Assembly: GCA_030583845.1 (NCBI GenBank) | Contig: CP129478.1 | Location: forward strand, 279,175 to 343,174 | Reading direction: 5' to 3' | Length of the DNA: 64,000 bases | Source of the DNA: Candidatus Dojkabacteria bacterium | GTDB taxonomy: Bacteria > Patescibacteriota > Dojkabacteria > SC72 > JAHDCA01 | Shown here: in pieces, positions 9,697 to 19,054 of the stretch | How the letters are laid out: every line of letters begins with the position of its first letter | Numbering within the stretch: position 1 is the stretch's first letter | Notes under the pieces: model-generated | What the model was told of the DNA's origin: nothing | Database searches by the model: none | The model's input: only the letters and a program-made list of their open reading frames with translations | Program-made: the position numbers and the translations under genes

Positions 9697-10266
9697 CTAG
9701 AATTCAACGAGGGTTCTTAGACTCTTCGTGGCGTCAGTGCCGATCTCTTTCAGGGTGTCGAGCTCTTCCTGGCTCATCTTGTTAAGTACATAATCTTCGC
9801 CGGGGATCCGATTGTTTTCACTACGGTTTTCGACACCGATTCTGAGTCGGAGGAAGTCGTTTGTGCCGAGAGATAGCTCGACGCTTGTGATTCCGTTATG
9901 AGCTTTGGGGCTTTTTGCCCTTTGGAGCTTATACTGTCCGAGCTTGATATCTAGGTCATCATGTACAACCACCAAGCCGCTTGAGACTCTCACCTCAAAT
10001 TTCTTAACTATCTTGCTCACTGCTCGCCCAGACGCATTCATGAATGTAAGAGGCTTTACCAGCATCACCTTTGTCTCTCCGCCGACACGTGCCTTACAGA
10101 TCTGGCTCTCAAACATCTTATCTTCTTCCCAATCTCCTACAGAATAGAGTGTGTCCCACCCGAGGAATTCCCTCAGCTGATCCAAGAAAAGATAGCCGGC
10201 GTTGTGCGGCGTATTTTCATATTTAGATCCTGGGTTGCCCAATCCTACAATTAGAAGCATGCTCAA
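9697..10266 (-). CDS. pth: Peptidyl-tRNA hydrolase
   Basis: N-terminal LIVGLGNPGSKYENTPHNAGY signature. Confidence 0.9.
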   Translation of the reverse strand: MSMLLIVGLGNPGSKYENTPHNAGYLFLDQLREFLGWDTLYSVGDWEEDKMFESQICKARVGGETKVMLVKPLTFMNASGRAVSKIVKKFEVRVSSGLVVVHDDLDIKLGQYKLQRAKSPKAHNGITSVELSLGTNDFLRLRIGVENRSENNRIPGEDYVLNKMSQEELDTLKEIGTDATKSLRTLVEF

Positions 10267-10305
10267 TAATCAACAACTTATTTCAGGCAGCAAAGCCACT
10301 TTATA

Positions 10306-10770
10306 CTATTTGGGTAATTTCTCCATGAACTCACCCAACATATCTTCCTGCATTCTATACATTATTTCAAGATCGTCGCGATTCTCGTCAAAATAATCCT
10401 CATGCTGATATCCAAAAAGATGCAGGATGCCATGCATAATCATCCTGATACACTCCTCCTTCACCGAAGAGACACCATTATCAACTACATTTTTCCTTAC
10501 ATCCTCAAGCGAGATATACACTTCGCCAAAGACATCGCTTCCCTCTGGCATATTGAACGCAAGCACATCAGTGCTACTGTCCGTGTCTCTGTTCTCCCTA
10601 TTTATCCGCTGCATCTCCTCTTCATCTACGAAGACAATATTTACCAAATTTTTCTGTTTGGCGAATTTGCTCTCAACTACTTCAGAGAGCATTTTAGCGA
10701 ACTGCTCTTCTTTCACTCCGAAGCTACTTTCAAGCTGATCTTTTGCCAATCCAAGTATCTCAAATTTCAT
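10306..10770 (-). CDS. ybeY: Endoribonuclease YbeY
   Basis: HGILHLFGYQHED zinc-binding motif. 154 aa. Confidence 0.85.
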   Translation of the reverse strand: MKFEILGLAKDQLESSFGVKEEQFAKMLSEVVESKFAKQKNLVNIVFVDEEEMQRINRENRDTDSSTDVLAFNMPEGSDVFGEVYISLEDVRKNVVDNGVSSVKEECIRMIMHGILHLFGYQHEDYFDENRDDLEIMYRMQEDMLGEFMEKLPK

Positions 10771-11222
10771 AATGCTGCCAATTTCTGCTCAACTACACTT
10801 TTTACTACACCACCATCGGCCTGACCTTTCAGCCTGCCCATTGCCTGACCCATCACCCTCCCCATATCTTGAGGCCCAGCGGCTCCGCTCTCTTTGATAA
10901 CAGCATCAACAACCGCACCGACCTCCTCTTCGCTCATCATTGCTGGCAAGAAACTATTCAGATAATCAAGCTGACCCTGGGTCGCTGAGACTAACTCCTC
11001 CCGCCCAGCGGCATTAAACTGCTCAATCGAATCCGAGAGCTTCTTTGCCTCTTTCCGCAGGACATTCTGCACCTCTTCATCGGTGAACTCCGAGCCTTTC
11101 TCAATCTCCGCATTCTTAACTGCCGCCATAGCGAGACGGGCAATTCCTGCCTTCATCTCATCTCCATCCTTCACTGCTTGAAATGTATCTGTCCTTAACT
11201 GGTCGATTATCCCTGAAGCCAT
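10767..11222 (-). CDS. yqeY: GatB/YqeY domain protein
   Basis: YqeY-like sequence (…AVKNAEIEKG…DEEVQNVLRKEAKK…) adjacent to rpsU, as in many Gram-positives. Confidence 0.65.
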   Translation of the reverse strand: MASGIIDQLRTDTFQAVKDGDEMKAGIARLAMAAVKNAEIEKGSEFTDEEVQNVLRKEAKKLSDSIEQFNAAGREELVSATQGQLDYLNSFLPAMMSEEEVGAVVDAVIKESGAAGPQDMGRVMGQAMGRLKGQADGGVVKSVVEQKLAAL

Positions 11223-11328
11223 GTTTGGAACCTGCTCAATTTAGCTCGCACTCAATAAATAGTAATCCTACACCCTGAAAAAGGCAAATTCACAGCTCTC
11301 AAAATTACAAAATCCAGCCAAAATCGGC

Positions 11329-11538
11329 CTATCTCTTTGACCTAGCTCGGCGGGCTGCGCTTCTTCTTCGGCGCTTCATCTTAGCCCATTCTCGCCTCTT
11401 ATCTGCTGCAAGCTGAGACTTCTTTACGAAGTATACGCGGTCACGGTAGGTCTCGAGAATCTTCTCTCGCAATACCTCTCTGTGCAATCTTTTCAGTGCG
11501 CTATCAACATTTTCGTTTGAGTGTACGATAACAGCCAT
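11329..11538 (-). CDS. rpsU: 30S ribosomal protein S21
   Basis: MAVIVHSNENVDSALKRLHREV…KRRRRSAARRARSKR, a basic C-terminus typical of bS21. The ORF's first five codons are probably not translated. Confidence 0.8.
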   Translation of the reverse strand: MAVIVHSNENVDSALKRLHREVLREKILETYRDRVYFVKKSQLAADKRREWAKMKRRRRSAARRARSKR

Positions 11539-11617
11539 TCTGCTTTCCAACAAGCTTATATCTTAAAACGGTGTGATTATAACACCCGGTTACCAGGGAA
11601 ACAAGTGACCAAGGGCT

Positions 11618-14257
11618 TTATTTGCCACCCTTTCGCTTCTTTTCTACACCCTTCTCAAATTTCTCCTTGGTGTAGTCAAGTCTCTCATCCTTGCTCATTA
11701 ATCTCAGGAACCACACATCATATCTATCTGACCTAAGGTAAGCCACACTACCTACCACAATTACCAATCCGATAAGTACTTTCACTGCAGCACTTGGGCT
11801 AATGATTGCTGTATCAGGTAGATCTGGGTCTGTAGGCGTGCCTGTCTCAGGACAGAATATACCAGTAACATCCACTGTATCCTCTGCTGTGAACACGGTA
11901 TCATCACCGCCACCACCATCTCCAGGGAATGCCTCTACATTATTATCGTAAGTTGCATAGTACTGCTCAGGGAATACAACTGTATAGGTAAATTCTCGGG
12001 TCTCACCTGGATCAAAGGTCTGCTCAGCCAATGGGATCTCCCACACAATTGTCTGACCTACTATAGTACCGTAGCTTGGGGTAATCGAGCTAGCGTCTAC
12101 CCATGACATATCTACATCAGGATCAAGTGTGTCAATTACCTGCTCCAATACTCCCTCACCATCGCCTGTATTGCTTACCGTGATAGTATAGTTCACAACT
12201 GCTGATGAAGCTGTCCCGTCTGCTTCACATGTGATATCGTGGTTCTTGGCCATATTCCAGTCTGGATTCTCTGTCTCACATAGACACTGTTCATCCTGGT
12301 CATCAACACTACATGCGTCGTTGACACACATTCCGCCAGAGCAGATCAGATCACCAGCACAGTCATTATCAGTCGAGCATTCCTCCATACACTCGTTCTG
12401 TGTTGGGGCTGCACAGTTAGTAAATCTAAAGTCTAGACCGCCTACCTCGGTACCAGCAGCAACACCGCAGCTAGAGTAAGTACCGCTACCACCGACTGAA
12501 TCATTTGGACCACACACCTCACCTGTATCTGTACATTCAGTGCCACTGTTACAATTTACGGCGAAATTGTCACCAGTTGCAGGGGTAGTTGAATTTGGGT
12601 TCATACTTGAGAACGGCTGTCCTGTGGAGAGAGTTCCTGTTGGTAGATTTGTTATCGAGGCATCTACGTTAAACTCCTCATCCTCAGCAGTTGGTACATC
12701 AATTGTATAGTTACCGTTGGCATCAGTTGTTACATTTACGTTTGTACATGCTTCATCGGGAGGACATACACGTGCCCTGACTGTGACCCCAGCTACAGGA
12801 TATGTAGTCGACGATCCTGTATCCTGACAATATACTCGTCCTGTTGCGGTTGCCTCATCCTCTTGTGGTGTACCCTGGCCACAGGTAAAGTTACCAACAT
12901 CTACTCGACATCCATTCGCCTGATCCTGGATTGACCATTGATAGGTCTCACCTGGCTGTATTGTGACTGTATGGCTTCTTGTTGCTGGATTTGAGCCCAC
13001 CTGAGTACCCTGAGATACCAGATATTGGTCGTACAGCTCACATGAGGTATTTGCTAGACAGTACCTATTGGCTACACAAGCCCATCCGACAGGACAGCCA
13101 ACTACACAGCTGGTGTTGCCGTTTGGACATACTGAGACACCCTGGCATGTATAGCCGTTAGGGGCGCTTGAGTTTGCGATTGCCGCTGCTTCCTGGTCAG
13201 TACTTGGGTTGTAACACATAACTGTCTGACAACCTACATATCTTGGGAGACTTGGATCGGCTAGATGCTCTGGACCAACACCCATGCACTGGAATTCATT
13301 TGTAGGATCGCTATTTAGTCTCAAGATCTGGCTAACCGGAGTGGTCGTTGGATTTGTCCAGTTGAATCGCACCTGGTTTGTACCTACACAGCTTGCTGTA
13401 AGGCTACTTGCACACTCAGGAGGATCGTTATCACAATCCCAATCTAGCTCGTCTGGGTCACATGGGTTGCCCTGGTCATCTCTATGTGTCCTTCCACCAT
13501 TGCCATCATCCACCTCTGCACAGATCTCGCCGTTATCACCAATATATACAATTGAATAAGCACCGTTAGGAGCATTGCTGTCCGCCTGTACCGTTGAGCA
13601 CCAGGTCGAAGTGGTTACATTGATCGTTGAACCGCCCTCTGGTGTATAGCTTAGGTCAACGCTTTCGCCAACCTCAACATTGCTGCCACCATTGCCGATA
13701 AACGGTCCGTCTGGATCAAGGGTTGGGAATACTTCTGGGTCGAAGCCCATTGCTGAGTTGCAACCGTCACCACGCTGTCCGCGGCAGTAATCTGTTCCTG
13801 AGAAAAATCCACATTCATGAGGGTCTATTCCATCACACTGTACATTACAGCCAGTATGACCACAGCTTCCTACACATGTGTTGCATTGCTGCTGATTGCC
13901 ACCACCTGATGGGCATTGATTTTCCGGGATACAGCTACCTGTGTTTGAGCAGTGGAAGAGACTATCTTCACAACCACCATTCGTTGGGACATTGCCGTTA
14001 CAAGGTGCACCTTCTGGGTATGGCTCTCCATCATCTCCTCTACAAGCCGCATTCTGAGTACAAGCGTTCTCATCACACCAGCCCTCATTATATCCACCAC
14101 AAGGACAATCTTCTGAACTTGCACTAGACCCACCAAGACCGATCTGCTCTTCTAGATCAGTGAGCATGACTAAAGCAACAATTACAGCTGTAGTTACAAG
14201 CAGAAATCCTACAATCCCTGTTATTATCTTTGCACCTCTGGACATTCGTACAGCCAT
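11618..14257 (-). CDS. Large Cys-rich secreted/surface protein with N-terminal signal anchor, C-terminal DUF11-like domain and C-terminal TM anchor
   Basis: N-terminal TM IITGIVGFLLVTTAVIVALVML and more than 60 Cys in repeated CxxxC/CNxxC modules. The C-terminal domain VNYTITVSNTGDG…VWEI…TYTVVF resembles the DUF11 conserved repeat. A terminal TM LIGLVIVVGSVAYL is followed by a basic tail. Confidence 0.6.
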   Translation of the reverse strand: MAVRMSRGAKIITGIVGFLLVTTAVIVALVMLTDLEEQIGLGGSSASSEDCPCGGYNEGWCDENACTQNAACRGDDGEPYPEGAPCNGNVPTNGGCEDSLFHCSNTGSCIPENQCPSGGGNQQQCNTCVGSCGHTGCNVQCDGIDPHECGFFSGTDYCRGQRGDGCNSAMGFDPEVFPTLDPDGPFIGNGGSNVEVGESVDLSYTPEGGSTINVTTSTWCSTVQADSNAPNGAYSIVYIGDNGEICAEVDDGNGGRTHRDDQGNPCDPDELDWDCDNDPPECASSLTASCVGTNQVRFNWTNPTTTPVSQILRLNSDPTNEFQCMGVGPEHLADPSLPRYVGCQTVMCYNPSTDQEAAAIANSSAPNGYTCQGVSVCPNGNTSCVVGCPVGWACVANRYCLANTSCELYDQYLVSQGTQVGSNPATRSHTVTIQPGETYQWSIQDQANGCRVDVGNFTCGQGTPQEDEATATGRVYCQDTGSSTTYPVAGVTVRARVCPPDEACTNVNVTTDANGNYTIDVPTAEDEEFNVDASITNLPTGTLSTGQPFSSMNPNSTTPATGDNFAVNCNSGTECTDTGEVCGPNDSVGGSGTYSSCGVAAGTEVGGLDFRFTNCAAPTQNECMEECSTDNDCAGDLICSGGMCVNDACSVDDQDEQCLCETENPDWNMAKNHDITCEADGTASSAVVNYTITVSNTGDGEGVLEQVIDTLDPDVDMSWVDASSITPSYGTIVGQTIVWEIPLAEQTFDPGETREFTYTVVFPEQYYATYDNNVEAFPGDGGGGDDTVFTAEDTVDVTGIFCPETGTPTDPDLPDTAIISPSAAVKVLIGLVIVVGSVAYLRSDRYDVWFLRLMSKDERLDYTKEKFEKGVEKKRKGGK

Positions 14258-14337
14258 ATCTAGTTCTGTAAAACAGTTAATGAGAAATTAAGATTTCCTT
14301 ATATCAAATTACATGATCTATACGAAATAATCAAACT

Positions 14338-14437
14338 GTTGCGCTGACCTATAGATCCGCCCACGTCCGGTTAGGCAAACATTCGATGCAGCAAGTCTGA
14401 AACCACCAAGTAGTCGGCTTATAGGTCAGCGCAACAA
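14338..14437. repeat. REP-like element: arms TTGCGCTGACCTATAG and CTTATAGGTCAGCGCAA flanking about 65 bp
   Basis: Seen directly. It is a variant (GCTGACCTATAG) of the family core and lies between the two Cys-rich surface-protein genes. Confidence 0.6.
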
Positions 14438-14453
14438 AAGGTGCGTTGTGGTT

Positions 14454-16095
14454 CTACCAGTCTCGCTCAAATCTCTTTCGAGACTTGCTTACCTTCGCCT
14501 CTTTGCCATATCTCTTATTGATTCCACCCTTTGCCGAGTGCAATGCATTGACAGAGATGATGTCGAATTTCTCAAAGGCTAGGTATGCACCGCTGATTAT
14601 GATCATCAGCACTCCAGCGACAACCTTTGACCTTGTCGAGTCGAAGATTCCTGTCACAGGAGTTGTGCATGAGACCATTACAGTACTCTCATCTGTGAAA
14701 GGCTCACCCTCCTCTGGAGTTGCAGTTACCAAGTTCTCAATCTGTCCGAAGGCTGACCTAGGCACACGCAATGTATAACTCAAAGTCATAGAATCACCTG
14801 GCTCAAACACCTCATTTATCTCCCAAGTGATGGTATTACCATCGACTACTCCAGGAGGAATGATGCTGCTCTGTATAATCCAATCTGGCTGCACAGCTTC
14901 ATCTAAGCTGATCAACTACTGTCTCAAGCGTACCCTGTGTCGTACCGTTATTACTTACTTCAATTACATACTCGACGTCTGCATATGGATCACCTGTAGT
15001 GGAACAGCTTGGCGTACCGACTTTCTCAATCTCCCATCCAGGATTTGGATCTGGGCAGAGACAATCAGACTGACAAGCACCATATGTACATGAGCCTGCA
15101 TTCATATCACACTCTTCACCCTCATCTTCATCGACTACTCCATCTCCACAGCTTGGAGGTGGCTCTTGAGGGCAGGTACAGTTCGTATTGCAAGCTCCAA
15201 ACTCACATGTATTTGCAGCTTCAGGGTCACAAGCCTCCCCTGGATCTACTGTCCCATCACCACAGTATGGATCTGGCTCAGGGACACAAGCTGATACGTC
15301 AAAATCATCTCTTGCGAGACACCATGCCAAGTAGTCACTCGCGCCAGCCTGGCTGGCATCGTTTGAGCTACAGCGAGTCCCATCAGCATCAATCCACACC
15401 ACATTAGCGTTTGTACCTCGACAGCCGGTCACATCATACTGCATAGTCACACAATATCCACGACCGCTACCTGAGCTGCCGTTTGCGTCGTTGCATGACA
15501 CAGGGATCTGCCCCTGGACATCTGTATCAAACGGGCAGTTAAATTCAGCTGTTTGGTATGAACAATTTTCGCTATTTTCACAGCTGAGCAGCCGTTATTG
15601 TTACAGGTTGGGGTTCCTTGACACTCCGTACCACCGATATGAGCCACATGTACCCTGCTCGTTCGGTGCTGCCTGATTGTTACCAGAGGCGTCTAGACAT
15701 TGTAACGGCGGTGTTACATCCGTGATCCCAGGAGCCGATTGTGGCCTTGGCCATCTGCATCACAACAAGGCTCTCCGAGGCGCCACCAGCGAATCTCCGG
15801 GATCTGCATCACACTCGTTGCCATTGCTGAAACCGGAGGAGTTATCCATGCCACAAAACTCCCTCCATCTGTCATTCACAATCTCCCGTGTAGCCTGCTG
15901 GACAATTCACACCAGGCGTACAGGGATTGTAAGAGTCAGTCCTGCACCAGCCGCATCGACCATCAGGACAGGTAAATGAGTTACAACATATCGAAGCCGC
16001 ACTATCATCTGGAGCGACCTGCTCGGTTCTATTAATAAGCCAAATAGCCACACCCGCAACAGCTGCCAGAAGAAAAAGCCCTCCTAGAGGAGATA
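14454..16095 (-). pseudogene. Second Cys-rich/DUF11 surface-protein gene broken into at least three reading frames (frameshifts near 14899-14915 and 15501-15650); pseudogene or sequence errors
   Basis: ORFs 14454..14915 (DUF11 plus C-terminal TM anchor), 14899..15501 and 15447..15647 are collinear pieces. The VVDQL|ISLDEAVQPDW junction aligns to VIDTLDPDVDMSW of the neighbouring intact gene. A signal-peptide-like segment (LGGLFLLAAVAGVAIWLI) is encoded near 16030-16090 in yet another frame. Confidence 0.45.
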
Positions 16096-16213
16096 AACAT
16101 ACCTTTCTTGCTCAGACGGAAACGGACAGCCACTTTGCATTCCCCAGCTTCAAGTTAATGCGGTATTCATACCGAATGTACGACAAATATGCCGCACCTT
16201 CATCTAATCTACA

Positions 16214-17386
16214 TTAACCGAAAAGATTCTGCAAATTTTCTATATAAATAATGTCTTTAAGGATGATGGCAAGCATCAGAAGCATCATCATCACAAAGCT
16301 TATCCTGATCAGCCACGCCTCCACTCTCTTGCTGAAGTATCGTCCCATTGTCGATTCTGCAACCGCCAAGACAATCCTTCCCCCATCAAGCGCAGGGATC
16401 GGCAGCAGGTTAATTACAAACAGGGTCAAGCTCAGGTTAGCAATAAGATCAAGAACCCCCATCCAGCCGAGCCCTTTAATGAAATCAATCACATAGTAAA
16501 GTCCGAGAGGGCCAGATACCACATTCAGTGCAGTCGAGTAATCGCCGGTGGCCGCAGACTGTGAGAAGATTTTCCCCATCTGGGCTATGCTGACATAGAT
16601 CACATTTATCGAGTGCACAAACCCACCAAGGTACACCTCTAACCCGTAATACTGGATATATTGGAGCGAGTTGAAGCCGAGCAGTATGCCTACCCTACCT
16701 TCATCACTCACCAGTGTTGGGTAAAGCTCACAGCTGTCATCCTCTTCTATCGATTCGCAAATCTCTACAACTATCTCTTCCCCTGCATTGTCAGCAATCA
16801 CTTCTCGGAATTCAAAGTCGTACTCGATTGGACTCATATCATGGCCATCGCCAACAGCGATAATATAGCCGCTCTCAGGCCACCCAGCCTCCTCCGCAGC
16901 ACCATCTTCAATCAGCTCGCTATATGAGAGATCACCTAGCTTCTCTACCTGCGCCTCACCAAATGGTGGTGTAATGCCTAGCTCTGCCGCTGGGAATGGG
17001 AATCGAAAACCTGACATGCCAAGGAAAGCGTAGTAGATCACCACCGCAGTCATTAAGTTCATGAAAACACCCGCAAAAAGTATCACAATCTTCTGCCACA
17101 ACTTCTTGCTCTGGAAGCTGCTTGGATCTTTCTTTAAGGCTGTATAGCTCTTGCCCGGCTCATCACCCTCACCATAGATTCGGACGAAACCACCGATTGG
17201 GAGCATGCGGATCGCATACAGGACACCTCTGAACTCTTTGCCTATCACCTTTGGCCCCATACCGAGCGCAAATTCATCAACTCGCACCTTCATGATCTTT
17301 GCGGCGATGAAATGCCCCAGCTCATGCAGGAAAATCAGCAGGTTTAATACAACAATTGTTAATACGATGTTTATAAAAATTTCCAT
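16214..17386 (-). CDS. rseP: RIP zinc metalloprotease RseP (site-2 protease)
   Basis: HELGHFIAA HExxH motif, LNLLPIPALDGGRIV motif, multiple TM segments and a PDZ-like middle. Confidence 0.85.
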   Translation of the reverse strand: MEIFINIVLTIVVLNLLIFLHELGHFIAAKIMKVRVDEFALGMGPKVIGKEFRGVLYAIRMLPIGGFVRIYGEGDEPGKSYTALKKDPSSFQSKKLWQKIVILFAGVFMNLMTAVVIYYAFLGMSGFRFPFPAAELGITPPFGEAQVEKLGDLSYSELIEDGAAEEAGWPESGYIIAVGDGHDMSPIEYDFEFREVIADNAGEEIVVEICESIEEDDSCELYPTLVSDEGRVGILLGFNSLQYIQYYGLEVYLGGFVHSINVIYVSIAQMGKIFSQSAATGDYSTALNVVSGPLGLYYVIDFIKGLGWMGVLDLIANLSLTLFVINLLPIPALDGGRIVLAVAESTMGRYFSKRVEAWLIRISFVMMMLLMLAIILKDIIYIENLQNLFG

Positions 17387-17428
17387 ATTGATGAATTCTT
17401 TACTCGAGACAATCTATCAGAATCAAAG

Positions 17429-17974
17429 TTACACTTCCATTAAGGAGGCCTCTTTCTGCTCCCTAACTTGCTCAATCTCGTCATTGCACTTCTTTGCGGC
17501 CTTCTCGACGCTCTCTTTCTGCCTCTTCCCTTCATCCTCTGACATGCCGTTCTTGACGGCATCCTCGATCGCCTCCATATATTCATGCCTTACACTCCTT
17601 ACTGCTACTCTCGAGGCCTCTACCCGTTCCTTCATTACTTTGACCAAGTCCTTTCTCCGCTCCTCTGTGAGATCAGGAAGGCTAACCCTTACAAAATCAC
17701 CCTCTTCTACTACTGAGAAGCCGAGGTTAGCGGCGCTGATTCCTTTGGCTATCTCTGCCACTATGGACTTATCCCACGGCTGAACGACCAAGGTCTTCGA
17801 ATCTGCCACCGCTACATTTGCGATGCTTTTGATCGGGTTTTCAGCTCCGTATGCCATTACTTTGACTGGCTCAAGCAACTCAACAGTTGCCCGTCCTGTC
17901 CTTAGCTGTGCCAAATCATCCCTTAAGTGATCGACACATTTACCCATATCAGCAGTTAGCTTCGCTTCATCCAT
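17429..17974 (-). CDS. frr: Ribosome recycling factor
   Basis: 181 aa. Characteristic RRF sequence VSLPDLTEERRKDLVK…, at the end of the rpsB-tsf-frr cluster. Confidence 0.9.
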   Translation of the reverse strand: MDEAKLTADMGKCVDHLRDDLAQLRTGRATVELLEPVKVMAYGAENPIKSIANVAVADSKTLVVQPWDKSIVAEIAKGISAANLGFSVVEEGDFVRVSLPDLTEERRKDLVKVMKERVEASRVAVRSVRHEYMEAIEDAVKNGMSEDEGKRQKESVEKAAKKCNDEIEQVREQKEASLMEV

Positions 17975-18083
17975 TTATTAGATATTGCTAGAGATTAGTT
18001 TGCAAATTCATTAATCCCACAGGCATTATCTCAATAATGCACTCCTAACGAATTCGCTTCTCTAGTATATCAGATCCAACAAG

Positions 18084-18258
18084 TCACCCCGCTAACTTAT
18101 AGTGTGCGGCATTTCACAACACCTTAACCATGATTAGACTGCCAGTTTAACGAGAACCTCACAGATCAATATCCCAACCATGAACTCGAGATTTAACGGA
18201 GCTTTACAACCAGTATTGCATGAGCATCGAGGACCACACTATAAGTTAGCGGGGTGAC
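18084..18258. repeat. REP-like element: perfect 24-bp inverted arms GTCACCCCGCTAACTTATAGTGTG / CACACTATAAGTTAGCGGGGTGAC flanking 127 bp
   Basis: Seen directly. The right arm abuts the tsf stop codon. The element fills the tsf-frr gap where pyrH is usually found. Confidence 0.8.
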
Positions 18259-18995
18259 TATTTGCCAAATTCCCAGAGGAGAATCCTCTTTATGACGAGA
18301 GCCTCGCCCATCTGTGAGATCGCTTCGTCGAAAAGATTCTGCATCGTCTTTGAGTCATCCTTGAACCATTTCTGCTGCATTAGACAATTCTCTTCGAAAT
18401 ACTTTGCCATCTTACCCTCAATAATTTTCTCAAGGATATTCTCCGGCTTGCCCTCTTCCTTAGCCTCTCTGGTGAAAAGCTCGCGAAGCTCGGCTACCTT
18501 ATCTTCAGGGATAGACTCCTTCGATACAAACTTCGGCTTCATTGCTGCCACCTGCTTAGCAAGCTCATTTGTAAGCTCGATAAATTTCTCGTTTCGGGCT
18601 ACGAAATCTGTGATGCACTGCACCTCAACCAGAGCTACAGTCTTGCGGTCTGTACCGTGGTGGTATACACCGATTGCACCCTCGCCTACTTTCTCGTTGC
18701 TGTCGTCGACTGGATCAGACTCCCAACCTCGCTCCTTGATAATCTGCAAAGCCTTCTCAAAATCTTGCTCTGCGTCTTGCAATGCGATCTTACAAAGACC
18801 GATCTTTGCGCCAGTCATATTGTGGAGCCTGCTAACTGCATCACTTTTCTCGTTGATATAGGCGATTGCCTTTTCTATATCTCCACCAGTGACTTCTAAT
18901 GCCTCTCTACAAAGCCCGATTCCAGCCGATGTCTTATTACGCAGAAACATAATATCTTTTGCATCAATCTTTACTTTCGTATCTGCTTTTGCCAT
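18258..18995 (-). CDS. tsf: Elongation factor Ts
   Basis: Duplicated UBA-like N-terminal motifs (TSAGIGLCREALE / TGAKIGLCKIALQ) and position downstream of rpsB. Confidence 0.85.
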   Translation of the reverse strand: MAKADTKVKIDAKDIMFLRNKTSAGIGLCREALEVTGGDIEKAIAYINEKSDAVSRLHNMTGAKIGLCKIALQDAEQDFEKALQIIKERGWESDPVDDSNEKVGEGAIGVYHHGTDRKTVALVEVQCITDFVARNEKFIELTNELAKQVAAMKPKFVSKESIPEDKVAELRELFTREAKEEGKPENILEKIIEGKMAKYFEENCLMQQKWFKDDSKTMQNLFDEAISQMGEALVIKRILLWEFGK

Positions 18996-19054
18996 TTCTT
19001 TTAATTATTTAGCTTAATTTAGGAAATGCCAGACCGGATCGGGCATTTATTTGG

